From assembly GCA_033442325.1 (NCBI GenBank), contig JAWQFM010000002.1, positions 1,559,983-1,623,982 on the forward strand: 64,000 nucleotides of DNA. Reading direction: 5' to 3'. This DNA comes from Salpingoeca rosetta (Eukaryota > Protista > Choanoflagellata). The position numbers and the translations under genes were made by a program. How positions within the stretch are numbered: the stretch's first letter is position 1; each line of letters begins with the position of its first letter. The notes under the pieces are model-generated. The model made no database searches. It worked only from the letters and a program-made list of their open reading frames with translations, and was not told the DNA's origin. Below are positions 18,241 through 46,346 of this stretch, piece after piece.

Positions 18241-20016
18241 TCAGGACAACACACACGATGATTGAAGAAACTCGCCCCAGCCTTGCGCCTGCTGCTGCTG
18301 CTGTTGCCGCCGCTGTTGCCTTTGTGGAAGCCGTATTCTCCCTGGCTCGTGATCTTGATCTTGATCTTGTTTGTGTTGCTGCTCTTGCTCGTGTCGCTTC
18401 TCATGCTCTTGCTTATGCCCCTGCGCAGCGGCTGCAGCCTGCTGAGCTGGCTGCTTGGCGCGTTTGGAGCTGTCGTCATATTCGCCCCCGCGTGCGTTCG
18501 CTGCGCGCTTGGCTTTGTTCCGCTTGCGTCGGGCTCGCGCATCCAGCGCTGCCTCTGCTGGGTCAATGACGGGATCGCCAGCGCGGCGATGGCGAACAAC
18601 CACAGCTGTGCTCTCCGTATTGCCGAGTTTGAAGCGCTGCTGGCGGCATATGTGGAGCTCTTGCCCGTGCACAGCGGTGAGCAGCGTTGTAAGCTGCTTC
18701 TTGCTGGTGAGCAGAACGGCACGGCCGCTTGGACGCAGCACACGCGTACACTCACGCAGCACCGCAGGGTACAGGTCCCTGTTGTCTTTCGCTGAGCCAA
18801 ACTTCTTGCCAAAGGGCAGATCGCACACAATGCGGTCGATGGACGCGCTCTCCAGCGGCAGCATGCGCGCGTCCCCCTTGAACAGGGCCGCCTGGTGCGA
18901 CGAGCGCGTACCAATGGCGTTCTGCGCGGCCGCTCGCAGCTGAGCGTTCGACATGTCGGTGCCCACGAGCAGCGCAGCAGGGCAGAGCCGGTGTGCCTCG
19001 AATAGCAAGGCGCCTTTGCCGCACATGGGGTCGAGGATGACGTCGCCGGGCCGCGGTTCAGCCATCATGGCAAGCGCGTAAGCGGCGCTGCCTCTCAGCC
19101 CTTCCACAACAATGTCTTTGCGATCCGTCAGCCGCTGCTCGCTGAGGGAGATGCCCACGAAGACAAAGGTGTCCTCGACGCGAACATACACTTCCATGTC
19201 GTACGACTTGAGGTCCACGCGCCAGCCCAGCTTGTTTCGCATACTGATGCCCACATGTGCAGCAATGTCCGTTGAGCGGAGGTGCTTTGACCTTCCACCG
19301 ATGCGCTTGCACGACACGCGAAAGGAGGGTTCAAAGCTGTTGCTGGTGTTCTGGGTGGCGTTTCGCCATGCGGCAAGCGCGGCGGCGGCTGCCTTGGGTG
19401 TGATGGCATCTGCGATTAGCTCCATGCACTCGGTTGCGTCGCGCTCCTTGAACGTCGCCATCACGCTGTCGTCCAAGCACGCCAGCCCCGCGAATGCCCG
19501 TTCCACCGTCCTACGGAGCATGGTGCGAACGTGTGTGCGAATGTGTGTGCGAATGACAGGGAAAGAGAGAGAGTGTGTGTGTGCGTGTGTATGTGCGTAT
19601 GTGTGTGCGAATGACAGGGAAAGGGAGAGAGTGTGTGTGTGCGTGTGTATGTGCGTATGTGTGTGCGAATGAGAGAGAGAGAGAAAGCGCGCGCGCGCGT
19701 GTGTGTAAAGTGACAGCGACTCACGGCAATGGGTAGCAATCGATGCAAGCATGAAGACACATCACGTCACACACATCACACATCGGATCGCATCACATCA
19801 CATCACACAACAGCAACACACAACAGCAACACACAACAGCAACACACACACACACATATACATATACCTGAGGTTGAGGAGATCACAAGCCTGGCATTCT
19901 GACGTGAATCTGACGAAGCTCTCAGTGGTGTTGACGTCCGATGCACCAAGGAAGCTCTCCACCTCCTGGGCGGCAAACCCTTCCAGCCCACTGTTGGTTG
20001 ACAGCGCGTACAGCAT
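18241..20016 (-). CDS. THUMP-domain RNA m2G methyltransferase (THUMPD2/THUMPD3-like), 2 exons
   Basis: Exons 20016-19868 and 19510-18241. N-terminal SGLEGFAAQEV, THUMP FRVSCKR...GWRVDLKSYDMEV, SAM motif ILDPMCGKGALLFEA and catalytic CDLPFGKKFG. Confidence 0.9.
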
Positions 20017-20315
20017 GCTGGCTCGCCACTGTTTGGTGTGCGCCAATGCGCGATTTGTGCTGATTCAGCAGATTTATGATGAACACACCCCACACACCTG
20101 CCCCTAATTTCCTCTACCAAGCAAGCAAGCAAGCAGGCAAGCAGTTTGAATTTTTTGTTTTCTTCTTCTTTCCACCCCTTCTCCTTGCTCCGTTTGTTTG
20201 TTTGTTGGTTGGGTGTGCACTCTCCTCCCGCCCCTCCGCCCCTATCTGCTAAGACAACAACACGCCTACACGCTTCGACCCTTTGAAACTGCGCAGCAGC
20301 CAACAACCCACAACC

Positions 20316-20501
20316 ATGGGACAGGATCAGAGCATGCCAAGCAGCACAAGTGCTGTGACTGCACAGGAGTTTGTCGAGGCCATGACAGGCCAGAAGCTTG
20401 CTGACGAGATGGGCTTTGCAGACTTTGACCCCATGGATTTGGTACATGCATGTGTTGTGTTGTTGTGTTGTTGTGTTGTGGTTTCGTGCACAGCACAAGC
20501 A

Positions 20502-20559
<58 letters not shown>

Positions 20560-21211
20560 GGGTGTGGCTGTGGGTGTGGCTGTGGGTGTGGCTGTGTGTG
20601 TGTGGGTGTGGGTGTGGGTGTGAGTTCGGGTTTGTTTACTGGGAGTTATCTCGCATTAGTTGGTGTGATGAGACTTGTGTCTCGCTGTGTCGAGCGTCTG
20701 CCAAGGCCAAACATAACGGTGTCAACCCACCTCTACCTTATGCGACAGATCCCAGGCGTGACAGAGTTTACACCAGATCAAGTCTCCAAGCTCGACACCT
20801 TCCTGAGTACGTTGCGTCTCCGGTATTGGGTGGCTCCAGCTGCGACACACGCGTGTCGACACCGTTCAATGCCCATGAAACACGATGCGTGCCACTGATC
20901 TTCCATCTCCTTGCACTCATCCACATGTATACTTGTCTCCATTGCGTTTGACATGGACTGCTTGCGGTTGGACTACTGCAGCGGACGAGCTCAAGTCACT
21001 GCGTGGGGTCTTGCGGGAGCTGAGCAAGAACCGCAACAGCGGATTCCTCACGCAGTTCCAAAACATTAAGGCGGGCTTGAGTGAGTGTCACTGTTATGTG
21101 TCTTTGCAGAAGAATGTCGATGGCCAATGACGAGCCTCTGTGCACTGGTCTGAATGTGCACTGTGCGTTGCATTGTTTACCACACGGCTCACCATGACAT
21201 GCACATTCATC

Positions 21212-21299
<88 letters not shown>

Positions 21300-22725
21300 A
21301 GCCAACCCTGCGGATGCGTCTCGGGCACGTGGCAATGAACCCCTCAACCGATACGCCAACATTGTCGCCTACGATCACTCACGGGTCACCGTCTCTGGCA
21401 ACCAGGTGCGCATATCCGGGTGTGTGTGTGTTTGTGGAAGTGTGCATGTATGTGTTTGTGTGTTTGTGGAAGTGTGTATGTATGTGTTTGTGTGTTTGTG
21501 TGTGCGTTTGTGTGCGTTTGTGCGTTTGTGTGCGTTTGTGTGTTTGTGTGTGTTCATGTTTCCTTGTGTGTGAGTGGGTACACGCAAGCGTGTGCAACAG
21601 CAAAGGACGAAAATGTTGATGTGCATTATGGCTTACACGTCGTGGTCTGCTGGCAACAACAGTACAACCTCAACAACGACTACGTCAACGCCAACTGGAT
21701 CCCTGGCAAGAGCGGTCCTCGCCACTACATCGCCTCGCAGGGACCCGTCCCCGACGCTTTTCCATCGTACGTGTATGGTTCCACATATTCTCAGCCGTTG
21801 TGGCAAACACACCTCACAACACACGAATGTGCGTGCGTACTGACACGTGCACTATTCACTTGGTCATATCAACGCATGCAGGTTCTGGCAGATGGTGTGG
21901 GAGAACCAAGTCTCTGTGATTGTCATGGTCACCAACGAGGTATGCAACAAGCAAAGCACGGGAGGGCATACTCACGTATTCCCAAATGCAACACAACACA
22001 CACACACACACACACGCACACACACACACACACACAAACATGCACACACACACACACACACAAACATGCACACACACACACAAACATGCACACACACACA
22101 CCAATCACACACACACAAACATGCACACACACACACACCAACATCACACACGCACACACACACACACACACAATTGCCGATACAGCACGCAGCCTCACGC
22201 TCACAGCAATCTCATGCTGTTGTTGTTGCAGGTGGAAAACGGCAAGCTCAAGTGCCACAGATACTGGCCCGAGCCCATGCAGGGCACATCCGCGGCGGTA
22301 AATAAACCATGCATTTGGACCCCGGGCACTGATTGCGCGCTCATTATCGGTCCCTGCCTCAAGCCCCACTGCCACTAACCAACCACCTCGATGGAACAGA
22401 CATTCGCCCTTTCCAGTGCTCACTCACGTGTGCCACTCGCTTTGGCGTTCGATTCATGTCATGTGCTTCACAACAGATCCAGTGCGGTGGTTTTGAGGTC
22501 ACATTTGTTGGCCAAGACGTGCTGCCAACGTTCGTGCTGCGCACGTTCTCTGTGAAGCAAGCCAGCAATGGCGAGGTATGCAGCACGCGTGGCGTGATGA
22601 CTATGCGGGTTCTACCTTGGCTTTCTGCTTTCGGCAGTTTGTCGCTGAGCGATGATAGACGTGCCGCAATCCCCCCCCTTCACACACATACACACATACG
22701 CACGCACGCACGCATACGTACACGC

Positions 22726-22762
<37 letters not shown>

Positions 22763-25700
22763 AGACGCGTGAAGTCGTGCAGTTTGCATACACGGGTTGG
22801 CCAGATCACGGCGTGCCTGCCACCACAAAAGAAATGATCAACTTCAGGTTGGAGTTGGTGGAAGTAATCGGGTGTTGTGGAGGATCGTCTGTCAACCACA
22901 CCCAATCGTTTTGCGTGCAAGGAGATGGTCATTCTGCACGACTGCACATACACGGCGCGCGCTCGCGCGCTCTCCCACTCATATTCATCGCCTTGCGCGC
23001 TTTGGCAATATGTACTTGATTGGTTTGCAGGCGCCGTGTCAAGGAGGAGCACCTGAAGCGCAAGGGCCCATTGCTCACTCACTGCAGTGCCGGTGTTGGT
23101 CGCACCGGCACCTTCATTGGACTGGATCGCTACCTCGACGCATGCCTTTCCTGCCAGAAGCAGACCATCCTGGGCATCGTCGAGGATATGCGCCACCACC
23201 GCAACTTCATGGTGCAGTCGCCGGTAAGAGGAGGCCGTTTGTCACATGGACTGCACCTTGCCGCTGCTCCCTCAATTCCGTGCGTGAATCTTACATTGCC
23301 GACATCTGCCTGTGTCTCTTTGATGGCTGATGCTGTTGTCATGCCCATGCACCCAGATCCAATTCGTGTTCCTGTACCTGGCGTGTCTCGACGGCCTGGA
23401 GCGCATGCAGAAGATCACAACCAAGGTAACCAACGCAGGGGCAAGGCGAAGGGATGCAGGTGCCTGCGGCACTTGCAGCATGTAAGATCCTGTGATGCCG
23501 GCCTGTGTTCATGGGGAAGGGGTCACTCATGTTGTTCTTGGTACATTTTCGTTTTATGCATCCTGACTGACGACGACAGGCGAAGCGCTATCTGACGTTG
23601 ACGGCAGATGAGCGGCGCCAAGAAGAGCTCGCGGAAGTCACCGGTATGTATGTTGAGAGCGCCCCTTTGCAATGCGTGGTGCATCTGTGGTCAAATCAGA
23701 ACTGCTGCCTCGCTCGTAGAAAGCCCATTACATTCACTCTCTCCGCTCACATGGTCTCGTGTGTGCCCTGAATGCAGCTGCTTTGGAGCAGGGCGAGAAA
23801 GCCCTCAACACGTGGAAGCTGCGTGAGAAGCGTCAGGTGAGATGGGGACGAGCGTCTGTTGTCAAGAGCATCTGCCTCTCTCCAGCGTGCGAGCTAGCAT
23901 GTCTGTGGTTGCTTGCGGTGATGTCGTGTCGTTCTGTGTCTTGCAGACATTTGTCTGCTCACTCTGCCCAATCATCACCACGATTAATTAACCAGGTCCC
24001 AGCTGCTGGCGAGATCTTCAAGGTGGGCAGCTCAACGTCTGCACGCATGCATGGCCCTAATCGATCCCTCTTGATTTATCGACTTCTCCCTTGAAACGCT
24101 CCGGGTTGCTCACACGCGCACACTTCTCTTCACGAACACACGCGCAAACTGTACTCGTTTGATCTCTTTGTTTTGCACGCGCAGAACTCGGATGACCCCT
24201 CAGGTTCGACAGCGCTTGTTCGCGAGACAGAAGGCTCCTTATCATTTGTTTGAAGAGGCACTGGTGCCCTGGTCCTGGTTGACAGACGGGCTTTACTGCG
24301 ACTGATCAAAACCTCACGCCATCACACCCTACTTTCATCTACTGAAACTTACACGTGCTCGGAAACATGTGTCCTTAGGCAAGACTGGCTACTTTGACCC
24401 TGAAGCACCCACACTCAAGCGCCGCATGGAAGCTCTCAACCAATCGGTGTGTGTGTGTGTATGTGTGCGTGTGCGTGTGTGTGTATGTGTGCGTGTGCGT
24501 GTGTTTGAATGTGTGCGTGCGTGCGTGCGTGTGTGTGTGTTTGAATGTGTGTGCGTGTGTTTGAATGTGTGCGTGTATGAATGTGTTTGTGCGTGCGTGT
24601 ATGAATGTGCGCGCGCGCGTGTGTGTATGAGCGTGTGCGCGTGCGTGCATGTTGTGAGGTTTTGCAGCCCACGCGTGTACATTTGGTTGCCCAGGGAGGG
24701 AGCTTGCCTGCACCTCATTTCTGTTCGAAATGCACATGTATCGTTTCTCACTGTCTTCTCATGTGCCACGCATACCAGCGAGTGACCTGGAACAAAGAGC
24801 TGTCAGACGCACAGGCCCGCTGGCAGAAGGAGCGGGTAGGTGCAGAGTACATGGTCGATGACAACCTGCTCCGTGCACTTTCTCGGACTGCATGATTCAA
24901 TGCGCTGACGCATACGACCGCACCCTAACATGTAGTGTGGTGTGATGCTGTGATTCTAGGGCGAGAATGGCGAGGTGTACAACATTGAGGAGACCATGGC
25001 ACCAATGCAGTCACGCTTGGCGGCGCTGGCTGAGGCACAGGCAGCCTTCCAGCAACGTGCAACAGGGGACGCCCAGCTGGTTGAGCTGAAGGACAACATT
25101 GCATCTGTGCAGAACCGTCTTGAGGTGGGTGTGGTTCGTGTGCGCTTGCGTGTGCGCGTGCGTGTGTTTGTTTGTTTGGTTGTGCCGACTTTGGATCTCA
25201 CGTACTCTGATTGGGGGTTGCGTGTTTGACAGAGCTTGTGCGTGTTTGTGTATGGCGAGTCATGGAAGAAGCGCGGGCATGGCTTCCGTGGCAAGGGTTC
25301 GGACGCCCCTGTGCGGTCGCACACCACGGAAATGCTTGGAACACTCCAGAACCGCCTTGAAATGCTGGCTCGTGACACCACGTCATGGCTCGACAGGTTT
25401 GCCATCAAGCTCCAGCTGTTGTGTTGATGTGTTGCGCTGTGCTGTGTTGCACGGTGCTGTGTTGTGTAGGATGAGTTTGTTGTTTATGTGTGCTGCTTGA
25501 CATGCACATCTCCCTCTTATATATACACCCGCACACACACTCACTGACTCACTGACTCACTGACTCACTGACTCACCCACTCACCCACTCACCCACTCAC
25601 TCGCTGACCCACTCACTCTCTCTCACACACACATGCATGGTACATGGGTGGGACAGGGAGTTCCATGCATATCAGCCATACACGGGCCCAGACACGTTTC

Positions 25701-26268
25701 AGCAAGAGGTGCAGGAGCAGCGCGCACTGCAGGAGAAGGTGATGAAGCAGCGCATGCAGGAGCAGCAAGAGCGCGAGCAGCGCGCGCAGCAGGCCCAACA
25801 AGACAAAGAGCGCATGGCAGCCGAGGCAAAGGCACGCGAGGAGGCCGAGCGCAAGGAGCGTGAGCAGCGCGAGCAGGTGAAGGAGATGTTTGCCAAGGTG
25901 CCCGACATCCCGCTTTCCGCAAACTACGACCCGGCCAAGGCGCGCGCGGAGAAGCAGCGCCTTGCTGAGCTGGAGCTGAAGAAGCAGCAGGAGCAAGAGG
26001 CCGCTGCCAAGGCTGCGGAGGAAGCCGAGCGCCTTAAGCTCGAGGAGAAGGAGGCCAAGAAGGAAAAGGCCAAGAAGAAGGCCTCCCGCTTCCTTGGGTC
26101 AGTGCGTGTGTGTGTTGTGTGTGTGTGTGTGTTGTGTGTGTGTGTGTGTTGTGTGCAAGCAAATGCAATGGGGCTTCTTGTATTCCTGCAGTCATGCGAC
26201 CCTCACTCACTTTTCCCCCTTTCCTTGCTGCGCAACACACACCCACTGGCAGGCGTCTGCGCAAGTAA
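20316..26268 (+). CDS. Classical non-receptor protein tyrosine phosphatase with an N-myristoylation signal and a repeat/coiled-coil C-terminal tail, about 20 exons
   Basis: Starts MGQDQS. PTP motifs [58 protein letters not shown] and MVQS are all present in spliced phase. The last exon, 26253-26268, ends RLRK*. Confidence 0.92.
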
Positions 26269-26549
26269 GCAGCCACTACCATGCTGTCCCCATTCCGGTA
26301 CACACGTGCATTGCTGCATTGGAAGTGATTCTGATTGGATCTTGGAAGAGCCGTCCTTGAATGAAGACCTTGAAGTGTGATAGTGTTTTGCGTTTGCTTT
26401 CTGCTGATTGCTCGCTCTTGCTTTTGCTCTGAACAACAACAAACAACAATCGAGCAAGGAAGCAAAATCATAACAACCACACGCAATCATCGTCTCGCGG
26501 TTGGTGAGCAAAGGCAATGTCAGCTTCCTGTTCCTGATCATCATCTATC

Positions 26550-28286
26550 ATGGAGGACCCACCAACCTCGACAAGGTGTGCCGAAGACGGAGAAGCAAGT
26601 CACACCGTCAAGGGAGGTGAGGTAGCGATGCGCGTCGTCATGTATATGCGTGTCAATGGAGACGGTACTGAGGGCAACGAGGAAGCACCATTGGCACCAG
26701 AAGACGCAGCACGTGGCTTTGTGTTTCGAGGAAGGCCACTGGACATGCACTGGTCGCCACTTCACAGTGAGTACAAGAACAAGTTCGTGGGGGAAGAATA
26801 CTCTGCGTTGCAACTCACCGTGCCTGATGGCCCATGGCTTTGAAACTATGTCCACCATCAGCATCCTGTTCTTACTCTTGTCTCGCTTGGTCCATCGTCT
26901 GACTCCCTGACCTTCTTTGTTGACATGACACCCGCGCTCACACCGCTCACAACTCTTACACCCGAGTACACTGCTCCCACCGCCGACCGCACGAATCCTT
27001 GAGTCGTTCCGTATCTTCCAGGGAACAAGCCCTGCACTGTATGGCGCTACAACAAGACACCGCCGCCTGTATCTGCGGTGAAGGGAGATGCATCTCTTCC
27101 AGACAGCGGCAAGTCAGTGTCCAGGATTGGCTCGACAGAAGCGCGCAAAGAGCAGCAGCGGCAGCAGCGACCGATGGACGCACAGGGTCATGATGACGAT
27201 GGTGGCGACGATGATGATGATGTCAGTGACAAGGGCGAGGCCAGAAGAGGTACTACTGTGGGGTCCCTGCAGCAGTCACGTGCAACGCCGTCGGCTTGGA
27301 CGGTGGCCAAGCTGCGACACAAAACAAGAAAGCACCACCACCACCACCACCACCACCACCACCACCACCACCATCATAAGCGCAGCAAGTCTGCGGCATC
27401 TGAGGCAGCATCAGTGCTTCGGACAGCTGCATCCAGCTCACACAGGGCCAAGAGCAAGCACAGCATCGTGACGCGCAGCCCTCTGCTCAAACCGCTCAAG
27501 GATTTGGCAGGGTTGACCCCGCACCTGCGTGGCCGATGGTTGTGGCCTGCGAGCACAGAGAGCTTTCGCAGCCACAGCGACAAGCTACAGGCCTTGCACA
27601 TCCTATCCAAGGCCTCCAACCATCTCCACTGCACAGCAAAGCTGCAGGTAACAGCCACGTGGCCTTTCTCATTTCCATACATGTTGGTACACACGCCCCT
27701 GGTTGCTGTGCCAGTTCACGTTGGGTCCTGTCCATGAGCCATGTACGCGCTGACCACCCACAACTCCGATTGTGTTGTGATCCTGTGATCCATACACAAG
27801 CCCTCACCCCTTAAACCCCCTCCACGCGCACCATGACAGGAGACAGGCGAAGAGGCGCCGTGCGAGGGCTGCACGCCATCTGTGCTGCTCGCTCCAGCAG
27901 GTGTTGCCGCGCACCTGCCCTGCATGTGCAGTCGGGTCAACGGTATCCACGTTTATTGCGACTTGGAATTGGCGCTTCAGGTCGGTTCGCAGCACAGGCG
28001 AGGTTGAGGAGGGGGCAACAGAAGCAGGGCAGCGACAGAGAGACAGCTTGCAACGGCCGCTTGTCGGGGGCACAGCATGAACAGCACTCCACTCCACCAC
28101 ACCGCACGCAGCAACCACCACGCGCATGCATGCTCAAAACACACATCTAATACGCGACACACACACACACACGCACACACGCGCGCGTGCGCAACACATA
28201 CACACACATACAGGTGCGACATCTGTTGCGCCACAGGCTCGGTGTCACAGAACCCTTGCTCTACTTCTCAACACGACAAGGGCACA

Positions 28287-28300
<14 letters not shown>
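26550..28300 (+). CDS. Hypothetical protein with a long poly-His tract, predicted 4 exons
   Basis: Exons ~26550-26767, 27021-27647, 27840-27980 and 28214-28300 join in phase with strong donors (GTGAGT, GTAACA, GTCGGT). No family recognised. Confidence 0.55.
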
Positions 28301-32143
<3,843 letters not shown>

Positions 32144-32313
32144 CTTCCTTGTTGCTTCTTGCTTTGTGTTTAGGGAAGTGCGCCGTTTTTTGTTGTTGGT
32201 TGTTGTTGTTGGAGAGGACGAAGACCACAACGCAGACACACACACAGACACACACACACACAGAACCCCCCCCCCCCCACACACACACACACAGGCCCAG
32301 ACACACACAGAGG

Positions 32314-40716
<8,403 letters not shown>

Positions 40717-41006
40717 CATGACTGACATGACATGATGTATTCAGCCACGACCACACATTCGGTTCACGTAGGAATAGTTGTACCGCTTGTTCTGTGCCGT
40801 TGAGTTTGTAGGATCTTTTCAGTTACACCAAGCACCCCACTCCCCACTTCTCTATCCCTGCCCACTCCCTGTACCCCGCCCTTCTGGTGCAAAACAGCGT
40901 AAACAAAAGTGACAGCGTAGCCCAGCACTTCAACACACAATCAAACTCCCAGAACCAACCCATCTGCTCCGTCCTCTCACTCTCTCACAACACACAATTC
41001 ACGCAA

Positions 41007-43419
41007 TCAAGCCTCACCTCGGTAAGTGGCAGGGCCACCGTTCCCTGCTGCGCCATCTTCATGAGGTAGTTTCTTGGCGCTGTGGTGGTCGTTGGCGCTG
41101 TTGTTGGCATCAGCAACTGCACCCGCGTCAGCAGTCGGCTCGTTTTCCGCATTTGTCTCTCCATCACCATCTGTGTTGTTGTTGTTGTTGTTGTCCTTCG
41201 CTCCTTCTTCATCCCCACCGGTATCCATCATCGTGTTCGTGGTGTCTGCCTCCTCTGTGTGCTGCTGCTTCGTTGTCCCCGCCACCACTTCCTCACGAGC
41301 CTCCGACTCTTCGCCAGCCTGCGTCTCTTGCTGCGGTCCGTGGACATCATCAGCATCAGCAGCATCGTCATGACGGGCTGTGCGCTGCGGCACGGTCGTC
41401 GCGTTGATGTCGGCATCAGACACATCAGCTGCATCAACGTCGTGGTCATTGGTGTTTGAGGGATCGTCGCTGCTGACACCGGCAGCATCAGCACTGTCAT
41501 CGCTGTTGGTGTTGGTGTTGGTGTTGGTGTTTCCGTCACCGTCAGTTGTAACTTTATGCCCTGAATGAACACGCCGTTGCTCCCGTTGCTCCCGTTGCTC
41601 CTCACCATCATTGTCATCATCGCTGGTCGCGCTCGTCGCTGCAACGACTGCTGCTGATGTTTCCTGCTCCGTGTGCTCCGCCCACACGTCGTCATGACCA
41701 CCATCACCATCACGAGCCTCGTCGTCATCATCGACAGCACCCCGCAGCGCATACCGTGTGCTGCGGCGTGCTCGTTGTCGTCGTCGCTGTCTCGACTCCC
41801 GCGATTTCCGTCGCTTGCGTGGCAGCTCACCATCACCATTGTCATCACCAGTGCCACCATCATCACGCCCAGCAAGGCCAGCGTCGTGACCATCACCAGT
41901 GCCGCCACCGCTATCTTGAGTGTGCGAGTTGTGCTGTTCGTCTGTGCCCCTCTCTTCATCGCGGACCGCCTGACTCAGCCGCAGATCAGTCAGATACGTC
42001 TGTTGTCGCAAAGCAGAGCACAGGCATGAAACGGCAGAGCAGCAATGTGAGTCGACCGACGTGTGCGAGTCTGTGAGTGTGTGTGTGTGCGTGAGAGAGT
42101 GTATGTGTGAGTGAGTGAGTGTGTGTTTGTGTATGTGTGAGTGAGTGTGAGTGTGTGTGTGTGTGATGTTTGCGTACCCTGACGGCTGCCTTGTGGCCAA
42201 GCCTTTCGATGGTGTCCACGACGTTTGACAGTGACATCTTCGGCATGAGCTGGTCCATCCACGCGTCATAGTGGTCCATCAGCAGCCGCAGGTTTCGCGT
42301 CTACACCAAAGGAGGGGGCGCAGCAGTGCAAGGTCGATGAGCATCGCAGCAGCGTTGCAAAGACAGTGAACGGCACTGCTGCCGAACAGACATTGGTGAC
42401 GCAGGCGACGCAGGCGACGCAAGCACAGCACAGGCGAATCGGCAAATTGACAAAGGGGGTGTGCGTGTGCCTGTGTGCGTGTGCAAACAAGTATCGTACA
42501 ACCGGTTATTGGCCGCCACCGTACCTCCATGCCGGGCTTGTTTGAGAAGCGAACGTGCTTGCTGAAGGTCTTGAGCATGTATGGTACGCCGTTTTCGGGG
42601 TTCAGCAGCCTGTTTCGACGTGGAGAACAGCCATGGGTGGTGGTAAGCATAGGCATGAGACGAATGGCGTCAAGAGTTTGGGGAACGCAGTACGCACGAT
42701 GATGTAACCGCTGCCATGCGTTGCAGAGTACCATTGACAGCATTTGGCGTGCTGGCGAGCACAACGAGCGCAGCAGAGTATGTGCAAGCGAAAGGCGGCG
42801 TTGTGCAACACACCGCTCAACGTCCAAAGACATGCGTTTGGAGCCAGCCTTCTTTGTCTTGGTTGGGGTTTCATCCTCTTGCGTGGCTTCTGGTGCTTGC
42901 GACACGTTCGCCTGAGAGCCACCACCGTGGCCTTCATCATCTGTATGATCTGCAAAATGTGGAGGTAGGGGTGGAGAACGTGTTTAAGTAGAGAGTAGCA
43001 CGCAGGGATTGGACCGGGAGAGAAGCACACCACAAGCAATCGCACGTGCGCTGTGTGTGTGTGTGTGCCCCTCCGTCTCCCTTTGCTGCTCAGTGTTTCC
43101 TCCCCCTCTCCGCTCATTCCTTCTCACACTCACAAACATGCATTGGCTCACCTCTTTCGTCGTCCTCGACGTGGTTGACGCCTGTGGAGGTGTTGGGGGC
43201 GGAGGAGGGCGCGCGTGTGCTTGATCCAAAGGCCTGGTCCAGGTTTCCGCCTTGCTCGATTGACTCCATGGCTCGCGCAAGCAGGTCGTCATCATCCGCT
43301 TCGCCGCCGTGCTGATCGTGCTGGGGCTGGTCCAGGTCATCGTCGAAGAAGAAGTCTGTCACATCATCTGGGTCGTGGAAGTTTCCCAGTTCATTCTCAG
43401 GCACACCAGTGGACGCCAT
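41007..43419 (-). CDS. TIPIN: TIPIN/Swi3/Csm3 replication fork protection protein, 5 exons
   Basis: Exons 43419-43152, 42949-42814, 42609-42525, 42300-42178 and 41999-41007. Swi3 domain LDVERLLNPENGVPYM...NLRLLMDHYDAWMDQLMPKMSLSNVVDTIERLGHKAAVRTYLTDLR, with acidic flanks. Confidence 0.92.
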
Positions 43420-43637
43420 ACTGTGTGCGTTGTGTGTGTGTGTGTGTTGCTGTGTGTGTGAGTGTCTGGTGTGTGTGTGTGCGTGTGTGGCGTGTGTGTG
43501 TGTGTGTGTGTGTCCCTGTGCGTGTGTGTGTGTGTGCCTGTGTGTGCCTGTGTGCGTGCGTGTGTGTGTGTGTGTGGGGGGGGGTGGTGGTGTGTGTGTG
43601 TGTGTGTGTGCGTGTGTATGTGTGTGTGTATGTGTGT

Positions 43638-43679
<42 letters not shown>

Positions 43680-43694
43680 CCGCTCCTTCTCTTG

Positions 43695-43714
43695 TTCAAG
43701 CGTTTGGCGCCAAA
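43695..43714 (-). promoter_or_regulatory. Palindromic E2F site with an adjacent CHR-like hexamer upstream of TIPIN
   Basis: TTTGGCGCCAAA (43703-43714) is a perfect palindrome. On the TIPIN strand it is followed after 2 nt by CTTGAA. Confidence 0.6.
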
Positions 43715-43753
43715 TGAGAATGCATTTCTTGCTGTCGTGTTTAGTCAATCAAG

Positions 43754-46346
<2,593 letters not shown>

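Noticed and set aside
22440-22460. GTTCGATTC resembling a tRNA T-loop
   Set aside because: No T-stem, acceptor stem or A-box; intronic. No tRNA or rRNA was recognised in the window.
32169-32174. Single TTAGGG just upstream of the Rap1 start
   Set aside because: One hexamer is expected by chance, and there is no telomeric array.
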